This document shows, in pieces, positions 15,405 through 24,062 of a stretch of DNA of 41,867 bases. This DNA is from a virus. Taxonomy: Duplodnaviria; Caudoviricetes. The notes under the pieces are model-generated. The model did not search any database. It worked only from the letters and a program-made list of their open reading frames with translations, and was not told the DNA's origin. A program made the position numbers and the translations under genes. The DNA is taken from positions 1 to 41,867 of the IMG/VR virus record IMGVR_UViG_3300017716_002053; one strand, 5' to 3'. How positions within the stretch are numbered: position 1 is the stretch's first letter; each line of letters begins with the position of its first letter.

Positions 15405-16052
15405 TTACGCGGCGGCGCGGCGGCGACGAGTGGGGGGAGCCGACTCGTCGGCAGCCGCAGTCTCGTCGACTTCCGGGTCTTTGTCCATAGCCACCCAGTC
15501 GACGATGTCGAAGACCGGGGTGAAGATGCGGCCATAGGACTTGTGCTGGTAGTGCTCCTTCTTGAGCAGCACCAGCGGCACCGGCTTGGTCGGGTCCTTC
15601 TCGACCTGCGCCGCGATGGCCAGGCCGAGCGCCGTCAGGGCCTTCTTGCCCCCGTGCGACGTGACGGAGTAGCGCACGCCGAGGCCGTTGTCCTCGCCGG
15701 AGACGCACTTCAACGCGCAGCCGAGCTGCACTTCCCAGCCCTTGCGCGCGCCGTCAGGCGCAGGCCCGGTCTCGGGCAGGGGGTGGGTGACCGGCCCCAT
15801 GTGCTCGCCGAGCGGCTCGCCGTCGCCCCAGGCGATGAAGCCGTGGACGAAGGAGAACGGATTGACGGCCCATTTGCTGTCCGGCTCGATCTCGGTCTGG
15901 TCGGAGCCGAAGACCCAGTGGCCGGTCTTGTCCATCTTGAGGATGACGCCGTCAGCGCCGCCCGCAGCGGTGGCGACCCCACGCAGGGCCGAGGTCAGTT
16001 CGGCGACGGACGGGAGGCCCGCGCCGGCGAAGGTGGTCAGTGCATTTGTCAT
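15405..16052 (-). CDS. Putative ssDNA-binding protein
   Basis: Position between DUF2800 nuclease and PolA; aromatic-rich core (YQHKSYGRIFTPVFDIVDW) and acidic tail. Confidence 0.65.
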   Translation of the reverse strand: MTNALTTFAGAGLPSVAELTSALRGVATAAGGADGVILKMDKTGHWVFGSDQTEIEPDSKWAVNPFSFVHGFIAWGDGEPLGEHMGPVTHPLPETGPAPDGARKGWEVQLGCALKCVSGEDNGLGVRYSVTSHGGKKALTALGLAIAAQVEKDPTKPVPLVLLKKEHYQHKSYGRIFTPVFDIVDWVAMDKDPEVDETAAADESAPPTRRRRAAA

Positions 16053-16063
16053 CGTTGTCTGTC

Positions 16064-17191
16064 CTAGTTGAGCTTGCTGAGGGCGGCAGAAAGTTGACGC
16101 CCGATTTGAACCACCGCGGGGCGGGGGTCCGTTTCCACCGCGAGGGTGGATCCCGACGAGACCGCGACCACCATGTCGGAGGGCAGTTCGAGCTTGTGCT
16201 TCTTGAGCACCTTCTCGGCCTGCGCCACCGACAGCAGTTCGGTCTTGGTCACGTCAGTCTCTGTCAGGCCCATGCCGATCAGGTCCGCGAGCGCGGTCTG
16301 AGGGTTGGACCAGTGTCTCGTTGCCCGCTTGGCGACCAGCTTGTAGCCGGGCACGGGCGTGTCGTTCTCCAGCATGGTGTGCGCCAGCGCCCGGCAGGAC
16401 TTGATGAAGTCCTCGACGTCGTCGGCCACGGCAAGGTACTGCGCCAGCTTGTTCGCGTCGATGCCTTCCAGCGCGGCCCGCTTCATCCGGTCGATCTGGC
16501 CGGTCTTGATCGGGCAGACCGGCTTGGCGGCGCACCACTTGCACCAGTCGCCGCCGGCGATCGGGGCGGCGGGCAGCTTGGAGGTGTTGACGGCCCGGAC
16601 CAGTTGGCGCTCGAAAGCGGCGATGCGCTCGGTCGTGGTCGTCCACGTCTTGAGGAACGGCGGTTGGATGATGACGCACTCGACCTCGGTGACGCCCTCG
16701 AACGCCCACTGGCAGGACGGTGTGCGCATGGCGGCGGCGGCGTAGAACATGAGCTGCATGTTCTCCTCCGCCTCGACCATGACGCCGTCGCCGAACTTCC
16801 AGTCCAGGATCACGGCCCTGCCGTCCAGCCGACCGACGATGTCGGACGAGCCGAACACGCCGGGCATCAGGTCGCCGTAGTCGACGGTCTCCTCGACCGT
16901 GAACTCCATCGCCGCCTTGGGGTCGTACTCGGCCAGCAGCGCCAGGGCCGGACGCAGTTTGCTGTCCAGAAGCTCCTGCGTCAGCGTCAGGCCGTGGGCC
17001 TCGAAGCCGAGCATGTCGCCCGCCGGGCAGGCGGTATCCATGACGACGGCGATGGCCTCGTGCAGCAGGCTGCCCTCGTTGGCGTAGGACGAACCCTCCT
17101 GCGGGGGCATGGTGGCCACCAGGGCCACCGAGCCGGGGCAGTTGATGACGCGGGCAGCGGTCGAGCCGCCGACGATCGTTGAGTGTTTCAT
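16064..17191 (-). CDS. DUF2800 / Cas4-like PD-(D/E)XK exonuclease
   Basis: HS...S.A.R...CPGS, EGSLLH, FGSSD, ILDWKFG, QLMFYA, GDWCKWC....CP; AAGGGAG SD before ATG 17191. Confidence 0.88.
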   Translation of the reverse strand: MKHSTIVGGSTAARVINCPGSVALVATMPPQEGSSYANEGSLLHEAIAVVMDTACPAGDMLGFEAHGLTLTQELLDSKLRPALALLAEYDPKAAMEFTVEETVDYGDLMPGVFGSSDIVGRLDGRAVILDWKFGDGVMVEAEENMQLMFYAAAAMRTPSCQWAFEGVTEVECVIIQPPFLKTWTTTTERIAAFERQLVRAVNTSKLPAAPIAGGDWCKWCAAKPVCPIKTGQIDRMKRAALEGIDANKLAQYLAVADDVEDFIKSCRALAHTMLENDTPVPGYKLVAKRATRHWSNPQTALADLIGMGLTETDVTKTELLSVAQAEKVLKKHKLELPSDMVVAVSSGSTLAVETDPRPAVVQIGRQLSAALSKLN

Positions 17192-17214
17192 GTGTCTGTC
17201 TCCCTTGTTGCCTT

Positions 17215-17266
17215 GACCATACACGCATCATTCCCTGTTGCAATACCTGATTTTGATGCGTAGGGT
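17215..17266. promoter_or_regulatory. Bidirectional promoter sharing a palindromic -35 (TTGCAA 17238-17243)
   Basis: Plus strand TTGCAA-N17-TAGGGT, 6 nt before ATG 17273; minus strand TTGCAA-N16/17-TATGGT; IR ACGCATCA/TGATGCGT. Confidence 0.55.
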
Positions 17267-17272
17267 TGGGGC

Positions 17273-17566
17273 ATGTTGGAAAGAGATGTCGAGGCATATT
17301 TCAGGAAGGCCGTCGCCCAAGCGGGCGGCGTCGCCTTCAAGTTCGTCAGCCCCAGCCATCGCGGCGTCAGCGACCGGATCGTGTGCTTCCGTGGAGGCGC
17401 GGTCTGGTTCGTGGAACTGAAACGCCCCGGCGGACGGCTGGCGCCGCTCCAACACGTCTTCGCCGCCCTCATGGGGCGGATGGGGCAGAACTATGTGTGC
17501 TTATCATCGAGGGAGGAAATCACAGAATGGCTGAGTGGACTGGATACCAGGAGCGGATGCTCGTGA
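17273..17566 (+). CDS. VRR-NUC domain nuclease
   Basis: LERDVE...KFVSPSHRGVSDRIV...WFVELKRPGGRLAPLQ. Confidence 0.9.
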   Translation: MLERDVEAYFRKAVAQAGGVAFKFVSPSHRGVSDRIVCFRGGAVWFVELKRPGGRLAPLQHVFAALMGRMGQNYVCLSSREEITEWLSGLDTRSGCS

Positions 17567-17757
17567 AGCTGCGGCTGCGCGGCATGACGCCGACGCTGAT
17601 CGCGCTGACGATGGACAAGCCCTACGACGAGGTGATCGCGGTCATGGACCGGATGAAACTGACCCGCAAGCGGCGCGACCGACCATTCGTCGTCAACCCT
17701 GACTACGTCGTGATCCGCAGCCCGTCGCCGCCGCGCCAGTTCAGTTGGCAGCAATGA
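17527..17757 (+). CDS. GcrA-like N-terminal HTH protein (76 aa)
   Basis: WT.....L..L...G.....IA.........VI....R..L matches the GcrA N-terminal pattern; GGAGG SD. Confidence 0.55.
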   Translation: MAEWTGYQERMLVKLRLRGMTPTLIALTMDKPYDEVIAVMDRMKLTRKRRDRPFVVNPDYVVIRSPSPPRQFSWQQ

Positions 17758-19016
17758 GCGCCTACTACAACGAGTTCGACCCGTTCGCGGCGGCGTGGCT
17801 GCGCGAGCTTATCAAGGCCGGACACATCGCCCCGGGCGACGTGGACGAGCGCAGCATCAAGGACGTGAGCGCCGATGACCTTCAAGGATATGACCAGCAC
17901 CACTTCTTCGCCGGGATCGGCGTCTGGAGCCACGCCCTGCGCCGCGCCGGGTGGAGTGACGAGCGTCCGGTTTGGACCGGCTCGTGTCCATGTCAGCCGT
18001 TCAGCGCCGCCGGTAAGGGCGGCGGCTTCGACGACGCCCGTCACCTCTGGCCCGACTTCTTCCGTCTCATCGCGGAGTGCCGCCCTGACGTCGTCCTTGG
18101 CGAGCAGGTTGCAAGTAAGGACGGCCTCGCTTGGCTCGACCTTGTACACGCTGACCTGGAAGGAGCGGGCTACGCCGTCGGGGCGGTCGATACCTGCGCT
18201 GCGGGCTTCGGCGCGCCGCACATCCGACAGCGGCTGTGGTGGGTCGGAACGACCGTGGGCCACGCCGACGACGCGAGACTGGAAGTCGGGCGGCGCAGAC
18301 CTGACGAACTCGTGGGTTCGCAAGGATGGGAAGCTGCGCAACGACCTGCTGGACTATCAGGCATGGGCAGCGGGCTGGCCCAGCCCCTGCGCCATGGAGC
18401 CGGGGACGACGCCCGAGCAGGTGTGGGCGCGCAAGCAGCGACTGACCGAGACGACGGGGGTGTACCGGGGGAACGACTGTGGCCTTGGGAGCAAGGTTCA
18501 CTTCGCGGGCTGGCCGACACCGATGGCCGGAACGCCGGCGCAGAACGGGAACAACCCGGCCGGCAACACGGACAGCAGCCGCAAGACGGTCGAACTGGCC
18601 TCGTGGCCGACACCCCGCGAAGCGGACGGCGCGAAGAACGTGCGGACGCTGGAAGGCTCGCTGCGGGAGATCGAGCGCAAGGGGTCGCCGCAGGACCTGT
18701 CGATGGCGAGCGCGATCACAGGCTGGCCGACGCCCAAGGTCACGGACACGAACGGCGCGGGCAACTCTACCAATCGGCAGGGCGGGATGGCGCTGCACAC
18801 GACGGCGGCGCTGACCGGCCCGGCCCGACGAACGGTCTCTGGCGAGATGCTGACTGGCTCGGATGCCGGGATGGAAAGTGGCGGCCAGTTGAACCCGGCA
18901 CATTCCCGCTGGCTCATGGGGCTACCGCCCGCGTGGGACGACTGCGCGGTTATGGTAACGCCATTGTCGCGCCGCAAGCCCAAGCCTTCGTAGAAGCGGT
19001 GATGTCATGCGTCTGA
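17754..19016 (+). CDS. C5-cytosine DNA methyltransferase, catalytic (alpha) chain
   Basis: FFAGIG (I), GSCPCQPFS (IV), GEQV (VI), PHIRQRLWWV (VIII), YGNAIV (X); motif IX not found in this frame. Confidence 0.9.
   Translation: MSAYYNEFDPFAAAWLRELIKAGHIAPGDVDERSIKDVSADDLQGYDQHHFFAGIGVWSHALRRAGWSDERPVWTGSCPCQPFSAAGKGGGFDDARHLWPDFFRLIAECRPDVVLGEQVASKDGLAWLDLVHADLEGAGYAVGAVDTCAAGFGAPHIRQRLWWVGTTVGHADDARLEVGRRRPDELVGSQGWEAAQRPAGLSGMGSGLAQPLRHGAGDDARAGVGAQAATDRDDGGVPGERLWPWEQGSLRGLADTDGRNAGAEREQPGRQHGQQPQDGRTGLVADTPRSGRREERADAGRLAAGDRAQGVAAGPVDGERDHRLADAQGHGHERRGQLYQSAGRDGAAHDGGADRPGPTNGLWRDADWLGCRDGKWRPVEPGTFPLAHGATARVGRLRGYGNAIVAPQAQAFVEAVMSCV
17875..18993 (+). CDS. Overlapping +1-frame methyltransferase partner (beta chain) with five W(P/A)(T/S)P repeats and motif IX
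   Basis: 372 codons open; ends QLNPAHSRWLMGLPPAW, a motif IX variant; true start codon uncertain. Confidence 0.75.
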   Translation: MTFKDMTSTTSSPGSASGATPCAAPGGVTSVRFGPARVHVSRSAPPVRAAASTTPVTSGPTSSVSSRSAALTSSLASRLQVRTASLGSTLYTLTWKERATPSGRSIPALRASARRTSDSGCGGSERPWATPTTRDWKSGGADLTNSWVRKDGKLRNDLLDYQAWAAGWPSPCAMEPGTTPEQVWARKQRLTETTGVYRGNDCGLGSKVHFAGWPTPMAGTPAQNGNNPAGNTDSSRKTVELASWPTPREADGAKNVRTLEGSLREIERKGSPQDLSMASAITGWPTPKVTDTNGAGNSTNRQGGMALHTTAALTGPARRTVSGEMLTGSDAGMESGGQLNPAHSRWLMGLPPAWDDCAVMVTPLSRRKPKPS

Positions 19017-20293
19017 GGCCCTATCAGGACGAGGCCGCGGACTTCCTGTTCGCCACCGACCGCGCCATGATCCTCGCCGCGGTCGGGGCGGGCAAGACGG
19101 CCATTACTCTCACGGCCATGCACGCCATGGTCAGGGACGGCGTCGCCCGTCGCTGGCTGGTGCTGGCCCCGCGCCGGGTCTGCACCGACGTGTGGCCAGT
19201 CGAGGCGGCCAAGTGGGCGCCGGGGCTGTCGATCGCCGTGGCCGTCGGTACGCCGGCGCAGCGGGCAGCGGCGTTCGCGTCTGGAGCTGACGTGGTCGTC
19301 GCCAACTACGACACGATCCAGACCCTGCCGTCGCTGGACGGCTTCGACGGGGTGGTGTTCGACGAACTGACCCGGCTCAAGAACCCGTCCGGCGCACGCT
19401 TCAAGGCGTTGTTCAAGCTGCTCGCCCCTTTGCGCTTCCGCTGGGGTCTGACCGGGTCGTTCACCTCGAACGGGCTGGAGGACGTGTTCGGCCAGTGCAA
19501 GGTGATCGACGAGACGCTGCTGGGCCGATCCAAGGGGGCGTTCCTCCAGACGTGGTTCATCCCCATCAGCCGGGAGTTCGGCCAGTGGGTCGCCCGCCCG
19601 AGCGCCCTGGCGGGGATCATGGCCAAGATCAAGCCCGCCACCTTCGTGCTGGAGCCGGGGGAGTATTCCGACACCCTGCCGCCGCTGCACGTCGTCGAGG
19701 TGCGCTCGACCATGGACATGACCGTGTACAACAAGATGAAGCGGGACTACGTCGCGCAGGTCGGCGGCGAGATGGTCACGGCCCTGACCGCAGCGGCGAT
19801 GACCAGCAAGCTCCAGCAGCTCGCCGGCGGATGGGCCTATAGCCCGGAGCCTGTATGGTTCTCGTCGCACCGCTTCGACCGTCTGGACGAGGTGCTGGAG
19901 GGAAACCAGAGGGCCAACACCCTGGTGGTCTATAACTACCGCGAGGAACTGGCCGAGTTGAAGCGGCGCTACCCGCAGGCGCAGACGCTGGACGACGCCA
20001 ACGCCATCGAGCGGTGGAACGCCGGGCAGATCGAGATGCTGCTGGTCCACCCGAAATCTGCTGGACATGGGTTGAACCTCCAGTACGGCGGGTCGCACAT
20101 CGTGTTCGTCTCCCTGCCGTGGTCGCTGGAGCTGTTCGAGCAGACGGTCGGACGGCTGCACCGCAGCGGGCAGAAGCACCCGGTGTGGTGCTATGTGATG
20201 ATGACCGACAAGACGATCGACGAACGTATCTGGCAGTCGCTGCACGACAAGCGGTCGCTGTCCGAACTGGCTACAGAGGAGTTAGCCGCATGA
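19007..20293 (+). CDS. SNF2/DEAD-like helicase
   Basis: LRPYQ, GAGKT, VFDE, GLTGS, SAGHGLNLQ, QTVGRLHRSGQ. Confidence 0.93.
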   Translation: MRLRPYQDEAADFLFATDRAMILAAVGAGKTAITLTAMHAMVRDGVARRWLVLAPRRVCTDVWPVEAAKWAPGLSIAVAVGTPAQRAAAFASGADVVVANYDTIQTLPSLDGFDGVVFDELTRLKNPSGARFKALFKLLAPLRFRWGLTGSFTSNGLEDVFGQCKVIDETLLGRSKGAFLQTWFIPISREFGQWVARPSALAGIMAKIKPATFVLEPGEYSDTLPPLHVVEVRSTMDMTVYNKMKRDYVAQVGGEMVTALTAAAMTSKLQQLAGGWAYSPEPVWFSSHRFDRLDEVLEGNQRANTLVVYNYREELAELKRRYPQAQTLDDANAIERWNAGQIEMLLVHPKSAGHGLNLQYGGSHIVFVSLPWSLELFEQTVGRLHRSGQKHPVWCYVMMTDKTIDERIWQSLHDKRSLSELATEELAA

Positions 20294-20502
20294 CCGAATG
20301 GACTGACCTGCTGTCGCGCCTGTCGACGATGAGCGAGGACGACTTGCGCGAGGCGATCGCGGTGGAGGCCCGGCGAAATGAGCCGCGCGCCTCGTACCTG
20401 ACCCGGCTGCACATGCGGCTGTGCAAGCTGCGCACCACCCGGGAGCGGCGCGAGCTACTCCGGCGTGGCCATCGCGTTGGCCCCGACGCCGGTCAGGTGT
20501 GA
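20290..20502 (+). CDS. Hypothetical protein (70 aa)
   Basis: GAGGAG SD; ATGA overlap with the helicase stop. Confidence 0.7.
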   Translation: MTEWTDLLSRLSTMSEDDLREAIAVEARRNEPRASYLTRLHMRLCKLRTTRERRELLRRGHRVGPDAGQV

Positions 20503-22800
20503 CCAGAACGCCGGGTTCATCATGTTACGCTGCATCTGCGCCCGCGTCGCCAGAGGCACCATGGCCAACAGTTGATCCATGTTCGCGCCGGACTGATAGG
20601 CCGTAGCCAACGCCCTGCGCACCTGCGGAGCGACCTTGGCGTCGACCAGCATGGAGGCGAACTCCAGCGCCGCGGCGCGGGCGGGGCTGGCCACAGAGAG
20701 AAGGTTGCGCGTGCGCCCGAACCGCTGGCGATCCGGCGCGAGCAGTTCACGCGCCAGCCCGCGTCCTTCGCCGGCGAGGACGCCGATGCGCTCGTCCCGC
20801 CGGATCTGGCGCGCGGCGTCGGTCAGGGCGTCCATGCCCGACGGCCCGACGCCCGTGGGGTTCATCTGGTTGGCCAGGTCGATGCGGTTGCCGCCGAACA
20901 CGCCCGAGACGGTGTCGGGGGCGTTGCCCTCGGCCAGACGGGCGAAGGCGTTAGGGTTCTCGCGCAGCAGACCGCCGGCCACGCCCATCATATTCTGGCG
21001 CTCGACGCTGCGCATGCCGCTGGCGTAGGTGTCGAGGTACTGCCGCCAGCCCGTGCCGCCTGCCGCCTCGATGGCGTCGTCCAGCATCTGCTGCGCCGAG
21101 CGCACCAGTTCGCTGCGGCGCGCGGCCTGACTGGTGATGTCACCACCGCGCTGGCCGCTGAGGGAGCGGGAGATGATGTCGTCGAGGTCGTCCTTGCGGA
21201 AGGCGTACAGGTCGTCAGCCGACGCCACTCCGCCCCGGCGCGCGGCCAGCGCGTCCAGAGCACTGGCGATCTCGGCCAGCACCCGGCTGTTGGTGGTGCC
21301 GACGCCGGGGGCGTCCGCCTGCTGCATCAGTGCCGCGGTCACCGGGGCCACGTCCAGAGCGCCAGAGGCGTCGGCGGCAGCCAGTTCGGCCTGCTGCATC
21401 GGGACGGTGGCGGCGCGCAGCGCGGCCTTCTCGCCCCGCGCTGACAGTTGGGCGGCGGTCAGGTTCTCGCCGCCGGCCAGCCGGTCGATCGGCGCTTGGC
21501 GTGCAGCGGCCTGCCGCGCCTCGATCGCCATGAAGGCGTCCGGCTCCGCGCCGCGCACGGCAGCGCCGACGCCCATGAAGGCGGACGGCTCGACGCCAGC
21601 GTCGACCAGGGCCTGCTGCGCCGTGACGTCAGGCGCGGCGTTCCGCAGCGCGGCGACAGCCGCGTCGTAGTCGACGCCGAGCGACCGCCGCACGATCTCC
21701 GACGCGCGCGTCGCGCCAAGTTCGCCGGCTATCAACTGCCAGCCCTCCAGCACCTTGTTGAGTGCGTACTTGGCGGGTCGCGCCGCGAGCGTCGGCAGCA
21801 GTGCGCCGATACCCGCGCCCCACCCAGCATCCTCCTCACTGAGCACCGCCGTCTGCGCACCGCCCGAGATGGCGCCGCCAGTGCCGCGCAGGGCGACATT
21901 ACCTAGCCGGTCAAGAAGGATAGGTGCTGCACCCGCCGCCGGAGGCCGGACGGCGGACGGCAGGAAGCCGCCAGCCATGGTCGCCTCGCCGACGCGCTCC
22001 ACGACCCGACCGACGCGGGGGGCGACGTTGGCGAGCGCCCGTCCGCCGCCGCGGATAGCCATGCCGGTGCCCATGCCGACAGGCGCGGTCGCGGCGATCT
22101 CGCCCGCCACCTGCCCCGTCTGGTTGAGCAGCACGTTGGCCGCGCGGTTCGGGGCGTTCATCTCGTTGGCGCGGGCCTGATAGGCGTCCGCCTGGTTGAT
22201 CATGGCGTTGCCGATGTCGTCCAGCCCCAGCCGGTCTGCCGCTTGGCCGAGCAGCCCGTAGGCCCCGCCCGCCACACGCTGCACACCGCGCGCCAGACCG
22301 CCCCCGGCGGCCATCATTTGCCGACCGACCGGGGTCCGCCGGTAGGCGTCGGCTACGGCGGCACCGACCTGCGCGAAGGGACCGCCTTGCCGGTTCGGCG
22401 AGTCGAGCGGGGCCTCCTCGGCAATGATCGCGCCGCTCTCAGGGCCCGCGCGGCGAGGATTGGCGGACGCCGCCATCGCTGCGTCGTCATACGCCATCTG
22501 CTCCTTCGCCAGACGCAGAGCCGCGTCAGCGCCGTAGCCTTGACCCATAATGGCCGCGACGCGCTCCTCCAGCGTCAACGCGTCACTGTACTCACCCTCA
22601 TCCCGCACGACAGGCTGACGCGCAGGCGCGGGCTGACGCCCGCCGCCGCGCGGCGCGGCGCGGGCCGGGCGGCCCAGCGCGGCCAGCAGTTCGTCGTCGG
22701 ACATGGCCTGCGGTGCCGCCAGGGGCGGGGTGGCGCGCGCCGGGCGGCCCAGCGCGGCCATCAGGGCCTCGTCGGACATCGCCGCCGGGTCTTGCCTCAT
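20455..22800 (-). CDS. Internal virion/DNA ejection protein (P22 gp16 position)
   Basis: 781 aa, Ala/Gly-rich and helical; last of three ejection-type genes. Confidence 0.65.
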   Translation of the reverse strand: MRQDPAAMSDEALMAALGRPARATPPLAAPQAMSDDELLAALGRPARAAPRGGGRQPAPARQPVVRDEGEYSDALTLEERVAAIMGQGYGADAALRLAKEQMAYDDAAMAASANPRRAGPESGAIIAEEAPLDSPNRQGGPFAQVGAAVADAYRRTPVGRQMMAAGGGLARGVQRVAGGAYGLLGQAADRLGLDDIGNAMINQADAYQARANEMNAPNRAANVLLNQTGQVAGEIAATAPVGMGTGMAIRGGGRALANVAPRVGRVVERVGEATMAGGFLPSAVRPPAAGAAPILLDRLGNVALRGTGGAISGGAQTAVLSEEDAGWGAGIGALLPTLAARPAKYALNKVLEGWQLIAGELGATRASEIVRRSLGVDYDAAVAALRNAAPDVTAQQALVDAGVEPSAFMGVGAAVRGAEPDAFMAIEARQAAARQAPIDRLAGGENLTAAQLSARGEKAALRAATVPMQQAELAAADASGALDVAPVTAALMQQADAPGVGTTNSRVLAEIASALDALAARRGGVASADDLYAFRKDDLDDIISRSLSGQRGGDITSQAARRSELVRSAQQMLDDAIEAAGGTGWRQYLDTYASGMRSVERQNMMGVAGGLLRENPNAFARLAEGNAPDTVSGVFGGNRIDLANQMNPTGVGPSGMDALTDAARQIRRDERIGVLAGEGRGLARELLAPDRQRFGRTRNLLSVASPARAAALEFASMLVDAKVAPQVRRALATAYQSGANMDQLLAMVPLATRAQMQRNMMNPAFWSHLTGVGANAMATPE

Positions 22801-24062
22801 TGGATCAGTCCTCGCCGACGGGCCTCGGCCTCCAGCGCCGCGCGGCTGTCGCCTCCCCCAGAGCCTCCGCCGGAGCGGGACGCCTCCAGTTCGTCCACCC
22901 GGCGCAGGGCGGTGGCGACCATGTTCCGGGCCGCCTCGATCGTCAGGTTCTGCCCGCCGAAGGTCGACCGGGCGTTCTCCATCTCCTTGACGGCGTCCAT
23001 CACGCGGGAGCTCGTCCCGTAGAGCGCCGACAGGGTGCTGATCGCGGTCGACAGCAGGGCCTCGACGTTCCCCGACGCCGTGTCGGCGGCGGAGTTGGTC
23101 GCCAGGCGCGCGCCGCGCACGCCGGGGATGGCGTCACCGACGAACTGCGCGACGTTCCCGACCGGGCTGATACCGCTGCCGCGCATGAAGCCGTTTTGGT
23201 ACAGCGTCTCGAAGTTGGCGTCGAGTTGACGCAGCACGTCGCGCAGCGTCTCCGCCGACGCGGCCTGCGTGCCGTCGGCGTTCGCGGCTGGCGCGGGCGG
23301 TGAGCTGTCGTACGGCTGCAAGATGTTGCCGTCCGGCCCCGTGACGGGGGTGGCGGGGCCGCCCGGCGTGCCGGCGTAGATGCCGTTCGCCGTGTTCAGG
23401 TACTGCGGCGCGCGAGGGTCGGGGGTGGTGGCGAGCGTCTGCGTGCCGCCCGGCAGGTAGGGCCGCTTGGGCGTGCGGCGGATGGATCCACCGAGGTCGA
23501 TCTCGTCGTACTGCTGCGTGACCGAGTTGAGGAACTCGGAGCCGCCCGGCAGCGCGGCGACCATGGTCGCGAGCGCGCTCTGTCGCGCGGCGGGGTCGGG
23601 AAGCGCCGCGATGCGACTGATGTCGGCAGCGAACTGCGGATACCGCTGCGCGGCGTCGGCGAGGCTCGCGTCGTCCGGGTTGGCCCACACCCGTCCGACG
23701 ACCGTGCGAAGCTCCGTCATCGCCGCTTCGTCTTCCTTGATCCCGAACTCGCCCTGCGCGCGCGCCTCTGCGGCGTCGGCCCGGAACATGCTTCCGACGT
23801 TGTTCCACGCCTCCAGATAGGGGGCGGCGACGTCCGCGCCGACCTCTCGCACGAACGCATTGACCTGCGGGCGGTTGGCCGGATCGACCCCCGCCGCGCG
23901 CTGACGGGCCATGGCGTTGCGCGCAGCCGTCTCCTGCGCCGCCTGCTGCGCCATCTGGTTCGTGCGGTAGGTCTGCTGGTTCGCCCGCGCAGACTGGTAG
24001 GCTCCGACGCCGTCGAAGTCCGGTTGGATGCCCGCGAGGGCGATGCGCGCGTCGACAGGCAT
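22797..24062 (-). CDS. Internal virion/DNA ejection protein (P22 gp20 position)
   Basis: 421 aa, Ala/Gln-rich; synteny. Confidence 0.6.
   Translation of the reverse strand: MPVDARIALAGIQPDFDGVGAYQSARANQQTYRTNQMAQQAAQETAARNAMARQRAAGVDPANRPQVNAFVREVGADVAAPYLEAWNNVGSMFRADAAEARAQGEFGIKEDEAAMTELRTVVGRVWANPDDASLADAAQRYPQFAADISRIAALPDPAARQSALATMVAALPGGSEFLNSVTQQYDEIDLGGSIRRTPKRPYLPGGTQTLATTPDPRAPQYLNTANGIYAGTPGGPATPVTGPDGNILQPYDSSPPAPAANADGTQAASAETLRDVLRQLDANFETLYQNGFMRGSGISPVGNVAQFVGDAIPGVRGARLATNSAADTASGNVEALLSTAISTLSALYGTSSRVMDAVKEMENARSTFGGQNLTIEAARNMVATALRRVDELEASRSGGGSGGGDSRAALEAEARRRGLIQ

Noticed and set aside
16064-17191. CRISPR-associated Cas4
   Set aside because: No cas1/cas2 or array; typical DUF2800-SSB-PolA phage replication context
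17875-18993. Sequencing frameshift or pseudogene in the methyltransferase
   Set aside because: Both frames are fully open; motifs VIII and X are in one frame with IX in the other, which would need two compensating errors
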